Position numbers and translations under genes: made by a program. A stretch of 64,000 nucleotides of DNA. Source: an uncultured Rubripirellula sp. (lineage in GTDB: Bacteria > Planctomycetota > Planctomycetia > Pirellulales > Pirellulaceae). The stretch is taken from the NCBI GenBank assembly GCA_938085445.1, contig CALKGR010000004.1, forward strand, positions 32,001 through 96,000, written 5' to 3'. Positions 41,141 through 51,221 of this stretch are shown piece after piece; the first letter of the stretch is position 1, and every line of letters begins with the position of its first letter. The notes beneath the pieces were generated by a model, which was given only the letters and a program-made list of their open reading frames with translations, searched no databases and was not told the origin of the DNA.

Positions 41141-42682
41141 TTATTTGGATTCGCCCCCGATACAAATCAGATGTTTGAGCGTTCTTGCGTACAGGTTCCC
41201 TGATGAATAGGAAAGACTTGAGAGCGTCCACGTCTCACCCAATGGACCTAGATCAGCAACTGCGACCAGTGCATTTTCATTCAGACTCGGTGCCTGCCAA
41301 CGCACAACGTACACCATCCCCAACATCGTTGGCACGTACAGATACTCACCTACAACAATCGGACTTGCCGCAGACACATGCCCCCACCCGTCTCCCGCAT
41401 TCCGTCGATCCTGCGTTACACGATGCCCGTTTGCATTTTTCATGTCGTTCTGTACTGGAGTATCCCATGAAATCAAATCATTTTCACCCGGTGCTCGCCT
41501 CACCTGCACGGGAACTTGCAAGTACTCAACTTTGCCACTGGGAATATGCACGCGTCCGATCAGGTAATCGTGGTGCGCTCGGAAATAATGATAATCTCCC
41601 ACCAGAATATTGGTTTGGTATGTCAAGGGCTTGCGCCCACCTTTGAGTTCCGTTCCGTGTTGTGTCTGATATCGCCCATCGACCTGCTTTGTCAAAGTGA
41701 TGTTGTCACTCAGAGAAACCTCGTTGATCGCCTCACCCGTGTGAGCGTCGAAAGCCAAGTGCTTGTCCTTTACAAAAGCAACGACAAATTTACTGTTCCA
41801 CACAGCATTCTGATGAGCTGCATAACCTGTCACTGCACGTTCCCACAACACCGTTCCGTCACTGCCCTTGAGCATCGATAAACCAAATGGTTCCTCGGGA
41901 GGCTGATGCCCTCCACCACGTCCAGTGAGTATGCCATTTGTCCCATCCGAGAAGCGTCCAGTCATGGACGTTGAGTGAACAGAGGTGCCTGCGACTGAGA
42001 TCCAACGCAGATCGCCAGTCGCCATATCTCGCTTCTGAAGTCGATTCCAATACTGGGCTCCACGGCCGAGCTTTTTGGCTTCATCCTTAGTGGTAACTTT
42101 CAACGGTAAATCGTCCTGGGTCACACGACTGATGACGACGTCATCATCCAACAAGAACGGCTCATGCTGTCTTGCATGGTGCCGGCCGAATGGAGTCCAA
42201 CGCTGTGACCACTGCAAATCGCCATCGTGATTGAAACCCTGGACACTTCCACCAACGTTGACGAATACGACATGCTTCCGATTTGCAACCGGCGATGCGG
42301 CCGTATTGTCACTAAACAAGCTCGACAAGTCGGTCTCGCGAACCCCAGGGATGGTCCTCCGCCAAAGTTCGTTTCCTGTCTTGGCATCAAAACACAATCC
42401 CACGATATCGGACCCAAATTCTGTGTCAGCCGTTACCGGTTCATGAGATGTAACAAATACTCGATCGCCGACAACAACGACGCCGCCTTGCCCCGTGCTG
42501 GGCAGCGGCGTTACCCAGCGAATGTTTTTGCCCAACGCCAAGCTAAAGTCGGTGACAGCGTTTCCCGGGACGACAAAGTTTCCCCGAGGCCCAGAGGCCT
42601 GTGGCCAGTCGGCCGCGACAGGTAAACTGACCCAACAAACACAAATTTGCAAGCACAATAAAGACGTCAGACGCACCAACAC
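41141..42682 (-). CDS. PQQ-binding-like (BamB-type) beta-propeller protein
   Basis: Signal peptide then ADWPQASGP.GN, NIRW.TPLP..G, CFDAKTG.ELWR, ASPIVVG, LYART.KHLICIG. Confidence 0.85.
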   Translation of the reverse strand: MLVRLTSLLCLQICVCWVSLPVAADWPQASGPRGNFVVPGNAVTDFSLALGKNIRWVTPLPSTGQGGVVVVGDRVFVTSHEPVTADTEFGSDIVGLCFDAKTGNELWRRTIPGVRETDLSSLFSDNTAASPVANRKHVVFVNVGGSVQGFNHDGDLQWSQRWTPFGRHHARQHEPFLLDDDVVISRVTQDDLPLKVTTKDEAKKLGRGAQYWNRLQKRDMATGDLRWISVAGTSVHSTSMTGRFSDGTNGILTGRGGGHQPPEEPFGLSMLKGSDGTVLWERAVTGYAAHQNAVWNSKFVVAFVKDKHLAFDAHTGEAINEVSLSDNITLTKQVDGRYQTQHGTELKGGRKPLTYQTNILVGDYHYFRAHHDYLIGRVHIPSGKVEYLQVPVQVRRAPGENDLISWDTPVQNDMKNANGHRVTQDRRNAGDGWGHVSAASPIVVGEYLYVPTMLGMVYVVRWQAPSLNENALVAVADLGPLGETWTLSSLSYSSGNLYARTLKHLICIGGESK

Positions 42683-42763
42683 ATGTTACTCCCGAATGCA
42701 CAATTAAGCCGACCATTGTTAACAATCCTAACATCAGGCAAGCGGTAACACACCGCAGTGTAG

Positions 42764-43507
42764 CTACGGCGTTCCTCGAATCGATAGATCATCAACGACT
42801 GCCGATTTTCCAACCGATAGTCGCAGGCGACGTTTGGTAGCATGCCCAATTCCGGGTGACCGGAATTGACCAACATCCACGCCATCAATCTGAACACTCA
42901 TCTGATCGCCTTGAACCCTCACCATCAGGGAATGCCACACGTCCGCGTTCAACTTGACTGGAATCGTTTTGGTCTTCTTATCGATCGCACTCTTCTGCTG
43001 CTTGGTCAATTTCCCGGCAAGCTTCAAAGTGCGATTCTCAAGCTTCATCGGCCCCGTTTTCAGATCAGTAATATCAACCTTGTTCAGCCGAATTCTGGCG
43101 ACGCAAATATGACCAGCATGCACTGACTTCTCCCTCATGTCAGCCAGATTAATTCCTAGGTCGTCACCCTTGGCGAGGCGAAACTTCATCTCAATCTGTA
43201 CATTTCGGAATTCGACATCCTTCACCACGGAAACTCCGTGATCAGCAACAGGATGCCTGTTAATAAACAGAGCACCGTCCTTTAGATCAACCTGCTTATT
43301 TCCTTGGGCACGTTTCTTACTATTGGTCTCCCAACCATTCCCCAACTGTTCCTTCGCATCGTCTGCCTCAACTCGCTCGAAATCGTCCTCAAACAGAAGC
43401 GGCAGCACTGGTGATTGTTCAGCGCCACCTAGCCCCTGAGCACAGGCAAAGCAGCCCCCATAAAGAAAGACCAAGTAACTGAGCAACGTCGTCAAAACTG
43501 GACTCAT
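42764..43507 (-). CDS. Secreted hypothetical protein, probable concanavalin A-like beta-sandwich
   Basis: Signal peptide, LLFEDDFER, WHSLMVRVQGDQMSVQIDG, SPGIGHATK, VDDLSI. Confidence 0.65.
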   Translation of the reverse strand: MSPVLTTLLSYLVFLYGGCFACAQGLGGAEQSPVLPLLFEDDFERVEADDAKEQLGNGWETNSKKRAQGNKQVDLKDGALFINRHPVADHGVSVVKDVEFRNVQIEMKFRLAKGDDLGINLADMREKSVHAGHICVARIRLNKVDITDLKTGPMKLENRTLKLAGKLTKQQKSAIDKKTKTIPVKLNADVWHSLMVRVQGDQMSVQIDGVDVGQFRSPGIGHATKRRLRLSVGKSAVVDDLSIRGTP

Positions 43508-44015
43508 CTAATTATTTTCCTATGACTGTAGTGCGTACACAAAACCACTGCATTCCGATTTTTGGACAATGCTGCCCAAACAGAAACTGCCACAACCGAG
43601 TGCCGGAGGTAAAAAGGTCCCCGCTCGACGCACAATGGCTGCTAAGGGTACCGCCTAAGTAGCCCGCTAACCTCGCTGCCGAACGACGCGATGTCCATCG
43701 CACAAGAACCCTTGCTAATACTAGCCTAACGAACCGACCCAAGCCATCAAAACCGAGACAACACGCGACACGGGCCTGACTGCCGCACAAATCACCCCAG
43801 CACCACAGTTAACAAAACAGACCGGATCAGCGGCGATGCAATTACGCTTAGCAGCATAGCATCCGCCTTAGATTGAGTGTCGCACCACTCACGCACAGAC
43901 GAGGGCGTTGCAGGAACCACGCTTTACAGAATCAGCCCAAACCACAGGTACATTTGAGATACCGCCACTCGATAAACGAGCCGAACAAACGTTCCTGAAG
44001 ATTACATCACGTCAA

Positions 44016-45812
44016 TTAACCGAGACGGTCTGTAGCCACATGATACTGGGGGTCTTCCGACAAATTCACCTCAACAAAATCTCCGGCACGATCCAGCAGC
44101 CCCCTGCACTCATCACTGAGATGGGTGAGATGCAAACGCTTCCCACAATCTTCGTACTTTTCGGCAAGCGTATTGATCGCTTCCAGTGCTGATTGGTCGT
44201 AAACACGTGTGTAATAAAAATCAATCACAACGTCTTCAGGATCACTGGCAGGTTCAAACAGATCTCTGAATGACGATACCGAGGCAAAAAAGAGCGGACC
44301 GTGCAGTTGATAAATTTTACTTCCGTGCTTGTTGATCTGAACATCGGCCCCCAGATGCATCGCGTGCTTCCACGCGAATACCAATGCGGAGACAATGACC
44401 CCAAGAATAACGGCGGTTGCCAGATCATGCATAAGGACTGTGTACCCCGCGACCAAAACCATCACGCCCACGTCACTGCGTGGCATGCGATGAAACATTT
44501 TCAAGGATGCCCATTCAAAAGTGCCGATGACGACCATGAACATCACCCCCACAAGTGCCGCCATGGGAATTCGCTCGATCCAAGGTCCGAGAAAAAGAAT
44601 GAACAACAAAAGGCAGACCGCTGCGGTAGCACCAGACAAACGGCCCCGTCCCCCGGAATTGACATTGATGAGTGATTGGCCAATCATCGCGCACCCACCC
44701 ATTCCACCAAATAGTCCACAAACAATATTGGCAGTTCCTTGACCGATGCATTCACGATTTCCGCGTCCTCGCGTTTCTGTGATCTCGTCGATCAAAGTCA
44801 ATGTCATCAACGATTCAATCAAGCCGACCCCGGCCAAAGTCAAAGCGAAGGGAAGTACGATCCACAGCGTTCCAACGGTGATCGGAGGCACCACGTATTC
44901 ATAGAAGAATAACTGTGGTAGCCCGCCGCTAATCGAAGCAGCCTCGGTTGCTTCAGCGTCCCCTGAAACATTGGCAACACCGGCAATCGCCTTACCTGAT
45001 GATCCCCGTTTTGCAACGGCATCGTTTTCAACCGTATCCAAACTGACCAGGGTATAGGCAGCACTCTCCGCGGAGACCGACTGTTGAACCTGCAGCAACG
45101 TCACCTCAGTCTCGGCTTTTCTCTGATCAGCAACCGCTTTAGCATCTGCATTCGCCTTGAGCATGTCGCCGACTGTGGCAACAAAATTTTCATTCCCGCC
45201 CTCAGAACTTACCTTGGAATTCACGGCGATCGAAATGAAGGTCACCGTTAGAATTGCAACCAGAGACGGCGGTACGGCTTTCGTCAATTTAGGAAGAAGC
45301 CAGATGATCGCCATTGTCAGTGCAACAAGTCCCAGCATCATCGCTAGCGGTGCACCATTGATCATTTGCAGTTGTCCACTGACCTGATCAAAGGTCTGAA
45401 AACTGCCAAACTGAGCAAGACAAATGACAATCGCGAGCCCATTAACAAAACCCAACATCACGGGATGTGGCACCAAACGGATCAGTTTTCCGAGCCTTAA
45501 AAAGCCCACAATCAACTGAATCATGCCGCACAGGATGACCGTCGGAAACAGATATTCAATGCCATGCATCGCTACCAGTCCGACGACAACGACGGCCATG
45601 GCGCCGGTTGCACCGGAGATCATTCCGGGGCGACCTCCTAACAGAGCAGTGATCAAGCCTATAAAGAAAGCCGAATACAAGCCGATAATGGGCGAAACTC
45701 CGGCCACAAACGCAAACGCGATCGCCTCAGGCACAAGCGCCAGAGCCACGGTGATACCAGAAAGAACGTCATCCTTGGCGGTCGTCGTCCGCGACCGAAA
45801 AAACTGAAGCAT
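44016..45812 (-). CDS. SulP family anion transporter with STAS domain
   Basis: [47 protein letters not shown]. Confidence 0.95.
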   Translation of the reverse strand: MLQFFRSRTTTAKDDVLSGITVALALVPEAIAFAFVAGVSPIIGLYSAFFIGLITALLGGRPGMISGATGAMAVVVVGLVAMHGIEYLFPTVILCGMIQLIVGFLRLGKLIRLVPHPVMLGFVNGLAIVICLAQFGSFQTFDQVSGQLQMINGAPLAMMLGLVALTMAIIWLLPKLTKAVPPSLVAILTVTFISIAVNSKVSSEGGNENFVATVGDMLKANADAKAVADQRKAETEVTLLQVQQSVSAESAAYTLVSLDTVENDAVAKRGSSGKAIAGVANVSGDAEATEAASISGGLPQLFFYEYVVPPITVGTLWIVLPFALTLAGVGLIESLMTLTLIDEITETRGRGNRECIGQGTANIVCGLFGGMGGCAMIGQSLINVNSGGRGRLSGATAAVCLLLFILFLGPWIERIPMAALVGVMFMVVIGTFEWASLKMFHRMPRSDVGVMVLVAGYTVLMHDLATAVILGVIVSALVFAWKHAMHLGADVQINKHGSKIYQLHGPLFFASVSSFRDLFEPASDPEDVVIDFYYTRVYDQSALEAINTLAEKYEDCGKRLHLTHLSDECRGLLDRAGDFVEVNLSEDPQYHVATDRLG

Positions 45813-46542
45813 ATTGTCAAGCGTAGAGTGGGACGCGGATTTGGCGTCGCAGGTGCAGAAACCCCAAAACGGCCATCCTCGACCTCGGGGCGATGCTGCG
45901 GATATTAGTCAAGCTTCCGCCCTCGTCAACGTCGGAACGCACAATTGCAATCCGCTAAGGCGGGAAAAGAAACGCCGTCTAAATGAAGGAAAGAGGACAT
46001 TCGCCCCCGTAAAGGGGAATCGCGGGGCCAGCAACCACAAAAACGCTAAAAAACAGTCACTTTCTAACGGCTTGGATTCACTCAAACTTTTTTAAAACAA
46101 TCCCAAGCCCGTCAGTTACAAAGCCCGATTGGCCGTGGAGACTTGAAGTCACCATGTTATCGCCACGTCAGCATCTCAACATTGCCGCCTCGAAGATCGT
46201 GACCGACTTTCGCTTCTCAAGCCCCCAACGGGCAGTCCGCCCGATGCTGGTTCTCTCGGTCAGCCAAACCGCGAATAACGGCGGCAGTTCGCGAATCGAT
46301 GCCCAGTTGAAACACCACAAAATCTGCGTCTCAGAAGTTAAGAGCCACCCGATTCCACCAACAAAAACATCAGGCCACGTAGCATCTGCAACGCTCGGTT
46401 CTCGGCAGACGAGCTAGAATGCATTTCTGTTGAATGCGGCTGCAAACATTGATTCACGCCACAGCATAAGATAAGTGGCATCACAAAGGGATTTGCCAGC
46501 AGCACGCCATCCCAAACACCCGCCCCCGGAATTGCCAGACTG

Positions 46543-47448
46543 ATGAAAGACGACTTCGCAAATAAATTCTCTCTCAATGGCTCCCGACGCGCTTTTCTGT
46601 TGGGCTCTACGCTCGTCCTAACCAATGGTTTTCAAAAAGCCTCTTCATCCACTGAGCACCAAACCGGGACACGCTTTGGCTTGATCACGGACCTTCATTA
46701 TGCTGACAAAGCACCCTCGGGGACGCGGCATTACCGAGACACACTAGCAAAGCTGGAAAAGGCCAGTCACAAAATTCGCAAAGCAAACCCCGCTTTCATG
46801 GTGGAACTTGGTGACCTCATTGATGCCGCCGATTCGGTTGCAACAGAACTGCGTTACCTCAAAAGAATCAATCAGGATTTTTCACAGCTTGCACAGCAAA
46901 GGCATTATGTTCTTGGAAATCACTGTGTTGATACGCTCAAGAAGGAGGAATTTTTATCAGAAGTTCAACAAAAGAAATCGTTCTATTCCTTCGACTCTGG
47001 CAAAACTCACTTCATCATTCTCGATTCATGCTTTCGTAATGATGGGACACCGTACAGCCGCAAGAATTTTAAATGGACTGATGCAAACGTTCCTCCTCAC
47101 GAATTGGAATGGCTTCGCAGTGACCTGGCGACCAACCAACTTCCGACCATTGTGCTCGCGCACCAGCGTCTCGACACGGCTGATAATCACGGCGTTCGAA
47201 ATGCAGCTGAGGTGCGCAAAGTACTGGAGAACAGCGGCAAGGTTCAGGCCGTCTTTCAGGGCCATAGCCACAAGAACGATTACAAAGACTTGAATGGCAT
47301 CCACTACTGCACAATGGTGGCCATGGTCGAAGGCAAGGGTGTTGAAAACAGCGGTTTTTCACTGGTGAAAGTCCAACCTGACTCAAGCATTGCTGTGGAA
47401 GGATTTGTAAAGCAAAACAACTATCACTGGAATGGTCAAATAAAATGA
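46543..47448 (+). CDS. Calcineurin-like metallophosphoesterase, Tat-exported
   Basis: SRRAFLLG signal; TDLHY, LGDLID, LGNHC, GHSH. Confidence 0.9.
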   Translation: MKDDFANKFSLNGSRRAFLLGSTLVLTNGFQKASSSTEHQTGTRFGLITDLHYADKAPSGTRHYRDTLAKLEKASHKIRKANPAFMVELGDLIDAADSVATELRYLKRINQDFSQLAQQRHYVLGNHCVDTLKKEEFLSEVQQKKSFYSFDSGKTHFIILDSCFRNDGTPYSRKNFKWTDANVPPHELEWLRSDLATNQLPTIVLAHQRLDTADNHGVRNAAEVRKVLENSGKVQAVFQGHSHKNDYKDLNGIHYCTMVAMVEGKGVENSGFSLVKVQPDSSIAVEGFVKQNNYHWNGQIK

Positions 47449-47807
47449 AAACAGGTCATACTTCACCTGACACACGAGTAGCGAACCTATTGGATCGGGT
47501 AGATCCGTCGACCACAAATGCAGAACTGATTGAAATCCTTGCACGTGGCGATAACGTTCGTGTCGAACGAATCGTTTCTCAGGGACACAGTAGCGACGCT
47601 GGATTCTGGTATGACGATCCGAGTGCCGAATGGGTCACTGTACTCAGCGGTGAAGCAAGAATCCGTTTTCTGGTGGATGACAAACTTGTTCACCTACGGC
47701 AGGGAGACCACATTACAATACAGCCACACGAAAAACACCGAGTCGAATGGACCACACCTGATGAACGAACCGTCTGGCTGGCCATTTATTTTTTACCCTT
47801 GTCCTGA
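47445..47807 (+). CDS. Cupin domain protein
   Basis: VRVERIVSQGH...FWYD...EWV.VLSGEA...HEKHRVEWT; ATGA overlap with the upstream gene. Confidence 0.9.
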   Translation: MKTGHTSPDTRVANLLDRVDPSTTNAELIEILARGDNVRVERIVSQGHSSDAGFWYDDPSAEWVTVLSGEARIRFLVDDKLVHLRQGDHITIQPHEKHRVEWTTPDERTVWLAIYFLPLS

Positions 47808-47815
47808 ACTGAATC

Positions 47816-48370
47816 ATGAAGTCGCTAGGATCAATCGAATCCCGCTTTGATAAGCAAACATTCCCCAACGGCTACGAGTTCGTTGACGGAGTAGCTATGC
47901 ATGCTGAAAATGGCGATCAGTTCCAGATACCTCCTGAGGTGATCAAGAAGTACATATCGGCTGGACAATTTGTAGAACTGCGGTTGGACTCGCCCCGCTT
48001 TTCAGTGCATGAAGATTCACCAGAGAAGTGTTACTGTGAATCTTGCGAGGGAGAAGCGAGTAAACCGATCCTTCGGCACGAGAATCCAGCATCGCTTGTG
48101 AACATCCCACCTCAAAATGTTCCTTCTCGGGGATGGGGTGAGGATTTTTGGGTCCGCATCAAAGACCGTGATGGACCGTACTTCATCGGTGCGGTGGACA
48201 ACCCACTTTATGAAGCAAGGCTGCACGGAATCAAACAGGGTGACGAAGTCCTTTTCCATGCGGATCACTTACTAGCCATCCACGGCATTCACCGGCAGGA
48301 GATCGTGCTGTCCATGGAAGCAGACGACCTGAAAAAGCTGGCGCGATGGCTTGGCTCTCAACAGCAATGA
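47816..48370 (+). CDS. Hypothetical protein with DUF2314/YegJ-like C-terminal motif and a CxCxxC insert
   Basis: EDFWVRI...FIGAVDNPL...GIKQGDEVLF...HL; CYCESC. Confidence 0.6.
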   Translation: MKSLGSIESRFDKQTFPNGYEFVDGVAMHAENGDQFQIPPEVIKKYISAGQFVELRLDSPRFSVHEDSPEKCYCESCEGEASKPILRHENPASLVNIPPQNVPSRGWGEDFWVRIKDRDGPYFIGAVDNPLYEARLHGIKQGDEVLFHADHLLAIHGIHRQEIVLSMEADDLKKLARWLGSQQQ

Positions 48371-48451
48371 TAGAGACAGTGAATCAAAACAAAGAGAATC
48401 AAGATAAATCAGAGCTCCCGTTTCCAAGGTACCTCGACGAAACCGGGCATC

Positions 48452-49912
48452 TCATTTGGGCGTCTTTTCCCTGATCTGATATTGCGGGTTCTCAAGCATC
48501 GGGTCGGCGTTAACCGAGCTTCGCCAACGCTTCAACTTTGACAATAGCTTGTTAGCCAGGTCTGGATTCTGCTGAGCAACATTCGTGGTCTCACCCAGGT
48601 CCCTCTTGAGATTAAAGAGCTGCAAATCTCCGGTCTCGAAATTCTCAATCAGCTTCCAATCACCATCACGAATGACACCCGACGGGAAACTCTGTGGATG
48701 CTGGTTGTAATGAGGATAGTGCCAGTAGAGCGCATCCCGCTCAAACTCTCCATCACCGCTTAACAGTGGCATCAAACTCATCCCGTCCAGATGCTGAAAT
48801 GGTTTAGCCTCGATGCCAGTCGCTTCAAGAATCGTCGGATAGAAGTCATTACTGATGACAGGTTCTCTGCAAATGCTGCCCGGTTCGATGTGCCCAGGCC
48901 ATTGCATCAACACAGGAACACGAATCCCGCCCTCATAATTTGACCCTTTATTTGCTCGCAGTGGCGCATTGTCAGTAGCTTTAGCAAACCCACCATTATC
49001 ACTGGTGAAAATTACGAGAGTATTGCTTTCCAACTGCAGTCGCTGCAGCGTCCGCATGACTCGCCCCACACTCTCGTCGACACTCTCAACCATCGCAGCG
49101 TAATGAGGCTTACCCTGTTGTTTCTTGGCAGGCATTTTTTCGTACTCCTTCACTTTGTCAGGCTTCCCTTGCAAAGGTGAATGCACGGCATAGTGTGACA
49201 GCATCAAGAAGAAGGGTGCATCCTGGCTTGAGACAATGAATTTCTCCGCCTCTTCAGCCAAACGGTCAACGAGATAATCACCTGCCTTCCCATCCAGAGG
49301 GCTCTTTTTCTGCAACACCTTTCCGGTCGTCGGAATCCGCCACTTGCCTTCGAAGGGGTGGAAGTAACTTCCAGGGGCACCATAGTCACGTCCAGCAACA
49401 TTCAGGTCAAAACCTTGGTGTTCCGGGTAATAGTAAGTCTCTGTTCCCAGATGCCATTTCCCCATAAACGCAGTACGATAGCCGGCCTCGCGCATCGCCT
49501 CCGCAACGGTAATCTCCTCGAGCGGCAAGTTTGAGAGATACCGCGCCTCCCGCATCCGATACTTGGTCGCATCCCAACGCCCAGATGGCAACCACTGCGT
49601 CAGCAACAATCTTGCCGGATACTTACCACTGAGAATTGCCGCGCGTGTCGGCGAGCACACGTTACATGCTGCGTAACCATCAGTGAACCTGACGCCGCCG
49701 TTAGCCAGAGCATCAATGTTGGGCGTTCGATAGTATTTGCTCCCATAACACCCCAAGTCACTCCATCCCAAATCGTCAATCAGAATCAGAACGACATTCG
49801 TTCGATTTTTTCCGTTGGCTCGTAACTCTTTTGACTTTTCATCTGCACAAGCCTCACCAGAAGCAACACACAAAAACACGATGAAAGAAGCATGAAAAAC
49901 ACGACTCAACAT
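48452..49912 (-). CDS. Sulfatase (arylsulfatase A-like)
   Basis: NVVLILIDDLG, CSPTRAAILSG, GKWHLG, HYAVHSP, SDNGG. Confidence 0.95.
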   Translation of the reverse strand: MLSRVFHASFIVFLCVASGEACADEKSKELRANGKNRTNVVLILIDDLGWSDLGCYGSKYYRTPNIDALANGGVRFTDGYAACNVCSPTRAAILSGKYPARLLLTQWLPSGRWDATKYRMREARYLSNLPLEEITVAEAMREAGYRTAFMGKWHLGTETYYYPEHQGFDLNVAGRDYGAPGSYFHPFEGKWRIPTTGKVLQKKSPLDGKAGDYLVDRLAEEAEKFIVSSQDAPFFLMLSHYAVHSPLQGKPDKVKEYEKMPAKKQQGKPHYAAMVESVDESVGRVMRTLQRLQLESNTLVIFTSDNGGFAKATDNAPLRANKGSNYEGGIRVPVLMQWPGHIEPGSICREPVISNDFYPTILEATGIEAKPFQHLDGMSLMPLLSGDGEFERDALYWHYPHYNQHPQSFPSGVIRDGDWKLIENFETGDLQLFNLKRDLGETTNVAQQNPDLANKLLSKLKRWRSSVNADPMLENPQYQIREKTPK

Positions 49913-50144
49913 GGCAGATAGCCCAACCTACGACACTTTAAAAAAACAACACGACTCACAACGTGAGTTGCTAAACACGCCCTCGAACCATTTGCTCTTC
50001 ATCTGAACACGAAGACAAAAGGCTTTCAATTGATGGCCACAAGATTACTTACTGGTTACTGAAACAAACCGCCACGATAAATCAGGCCTGGCACGATAAA
50101 AGCAAGGCACGCCCTCCATTTCTGCCTACCAGTACACGAGCCTC

Positions 50145-51221
50145 TCATGGCTTCTCGGCCCAGACACTTCCAGCATATCGCTGTTGTAGCAAATTAGCTG
50201 CAACCGCGGCCCGATCCTGATTCTTGGCAACTTGCCAGAGCTTACTGAGATGATAGAGCGCTTCGGCATGCGTTTCAGCATCTCCATAAAAGAGAACATC
50301 GACATGCAAATACGCCATCAAAGCATCTTTCGGCTTATTTGAAATCTGCAAGCAGGCCCCCAGGGCATTATAGGCTCGCCCAAACAACTCCGTATCAGCG
50401 GCATCATTCTCAGCGATCACTTGCTCAATCACATTGATTCCTTCGTCAGCAGTTGTTGTTTCAGCCAAACACCTGCCACGACCAACCTCAGCCAGCAGTT
50501 TCAACCGCTTTTCCTCTGGTGCGTCGGCTTTCTGTGCCAAGATACTCTCGTACCTCTTCTGTGCCTCAGTAAAATTTTCCTGCTTAACCCTTGCATCTGC
50601 CTCGGCCAACAGGGCGCGCATCCGGTCCTCAGCCCAAGGATTCTTACTCGAAATACCGCCGTAGTACTTGACTGCGCTTTCATAATCTCCCTGAGCAACA
50701 GCCAGATCACCCAGCACATCAGCCGCCTGAAAAAAGTGGTTGCTGCTAGCGTTCGATCTGACGAAAGCCAACATTGCCTCAATCGCCTCTGCCTTCCCTG
50801 CTCCCGACCGAAGAGCTTCTCGTCCCTGGCAAAGAGCTAGATAGAACTGCAGATCCAACTTCACGAGGGGCCGGCTGATGGATGTTGCATCAACTTTTTT
50901 CAATTCCTGCAAAGCATCGGCGAACTTACCCGCAACGGCACGAGCACGCCCTTGTCGTAAACCCGGCGGTTCATCACCAAAATTTACCACCCGGATCTCG
51001 TTGACGCTCACGCTCCGCTTCTGTCCAGCCACATCAAGCGTGACCTGAACCGGCGAAACCTCACCGACCTTCCCGCGCACCGTTGCACCACGCTTCACGT
51101 AAACCTGATCCTCTTCGGCAACCGCGGAGCTGCCACTTGCCATCAAAGCAAAGCAAACCACAGGTAGCATACGAATCTTCATACTCTTAGACCGCTCAAC
51201 AAATCGATACACGGAATTCAT
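50145..51221 (-). CDS. Exported TPR-repeat protein
   Basis: Signal peptide (alternative start MKIRML at 51182), TPR-like helices, AYLHVDVLF, C-terminal YAGSVWA; ATGA overlap with the upstream gene. Confidence 0.8.
   Translation of the reverse strand: MNSVYRFVERSKSMKIRMLPVVCFALMASGSSAVAEEDQVYVKRGATVRGKVGEVSPVQVTLDVAGQKRSVSVNEIRVVNFGDEPPGLRQGRARAVAGKFADALQELKKVDATSISRPLVKLDLQFYLALCQGREALRSGAGKAEAIEAMLAFVRSNASSNHFFQAADVLGDLAVAQGDYESAVKYYGGISSKNPWAEDRMRALLAEADARVKQENFTEAQKRYESILAQKADAPEEKRLKLLAEVGRGRCLAETTTADEGINVIEQVIAENDAADTELFGRAYNALGACLQISNKPKDALMAYLHVDVLFYGDAETHAEALYHLSKLWQVAKNQDRAAVAANLLQQRYAGSVWAEKP

Noticed and set aside
45813..46030. Riboswitch upstream of the SulP gene
   Set aside because: Short hairpins are present but I could not match any known aptamer consensus
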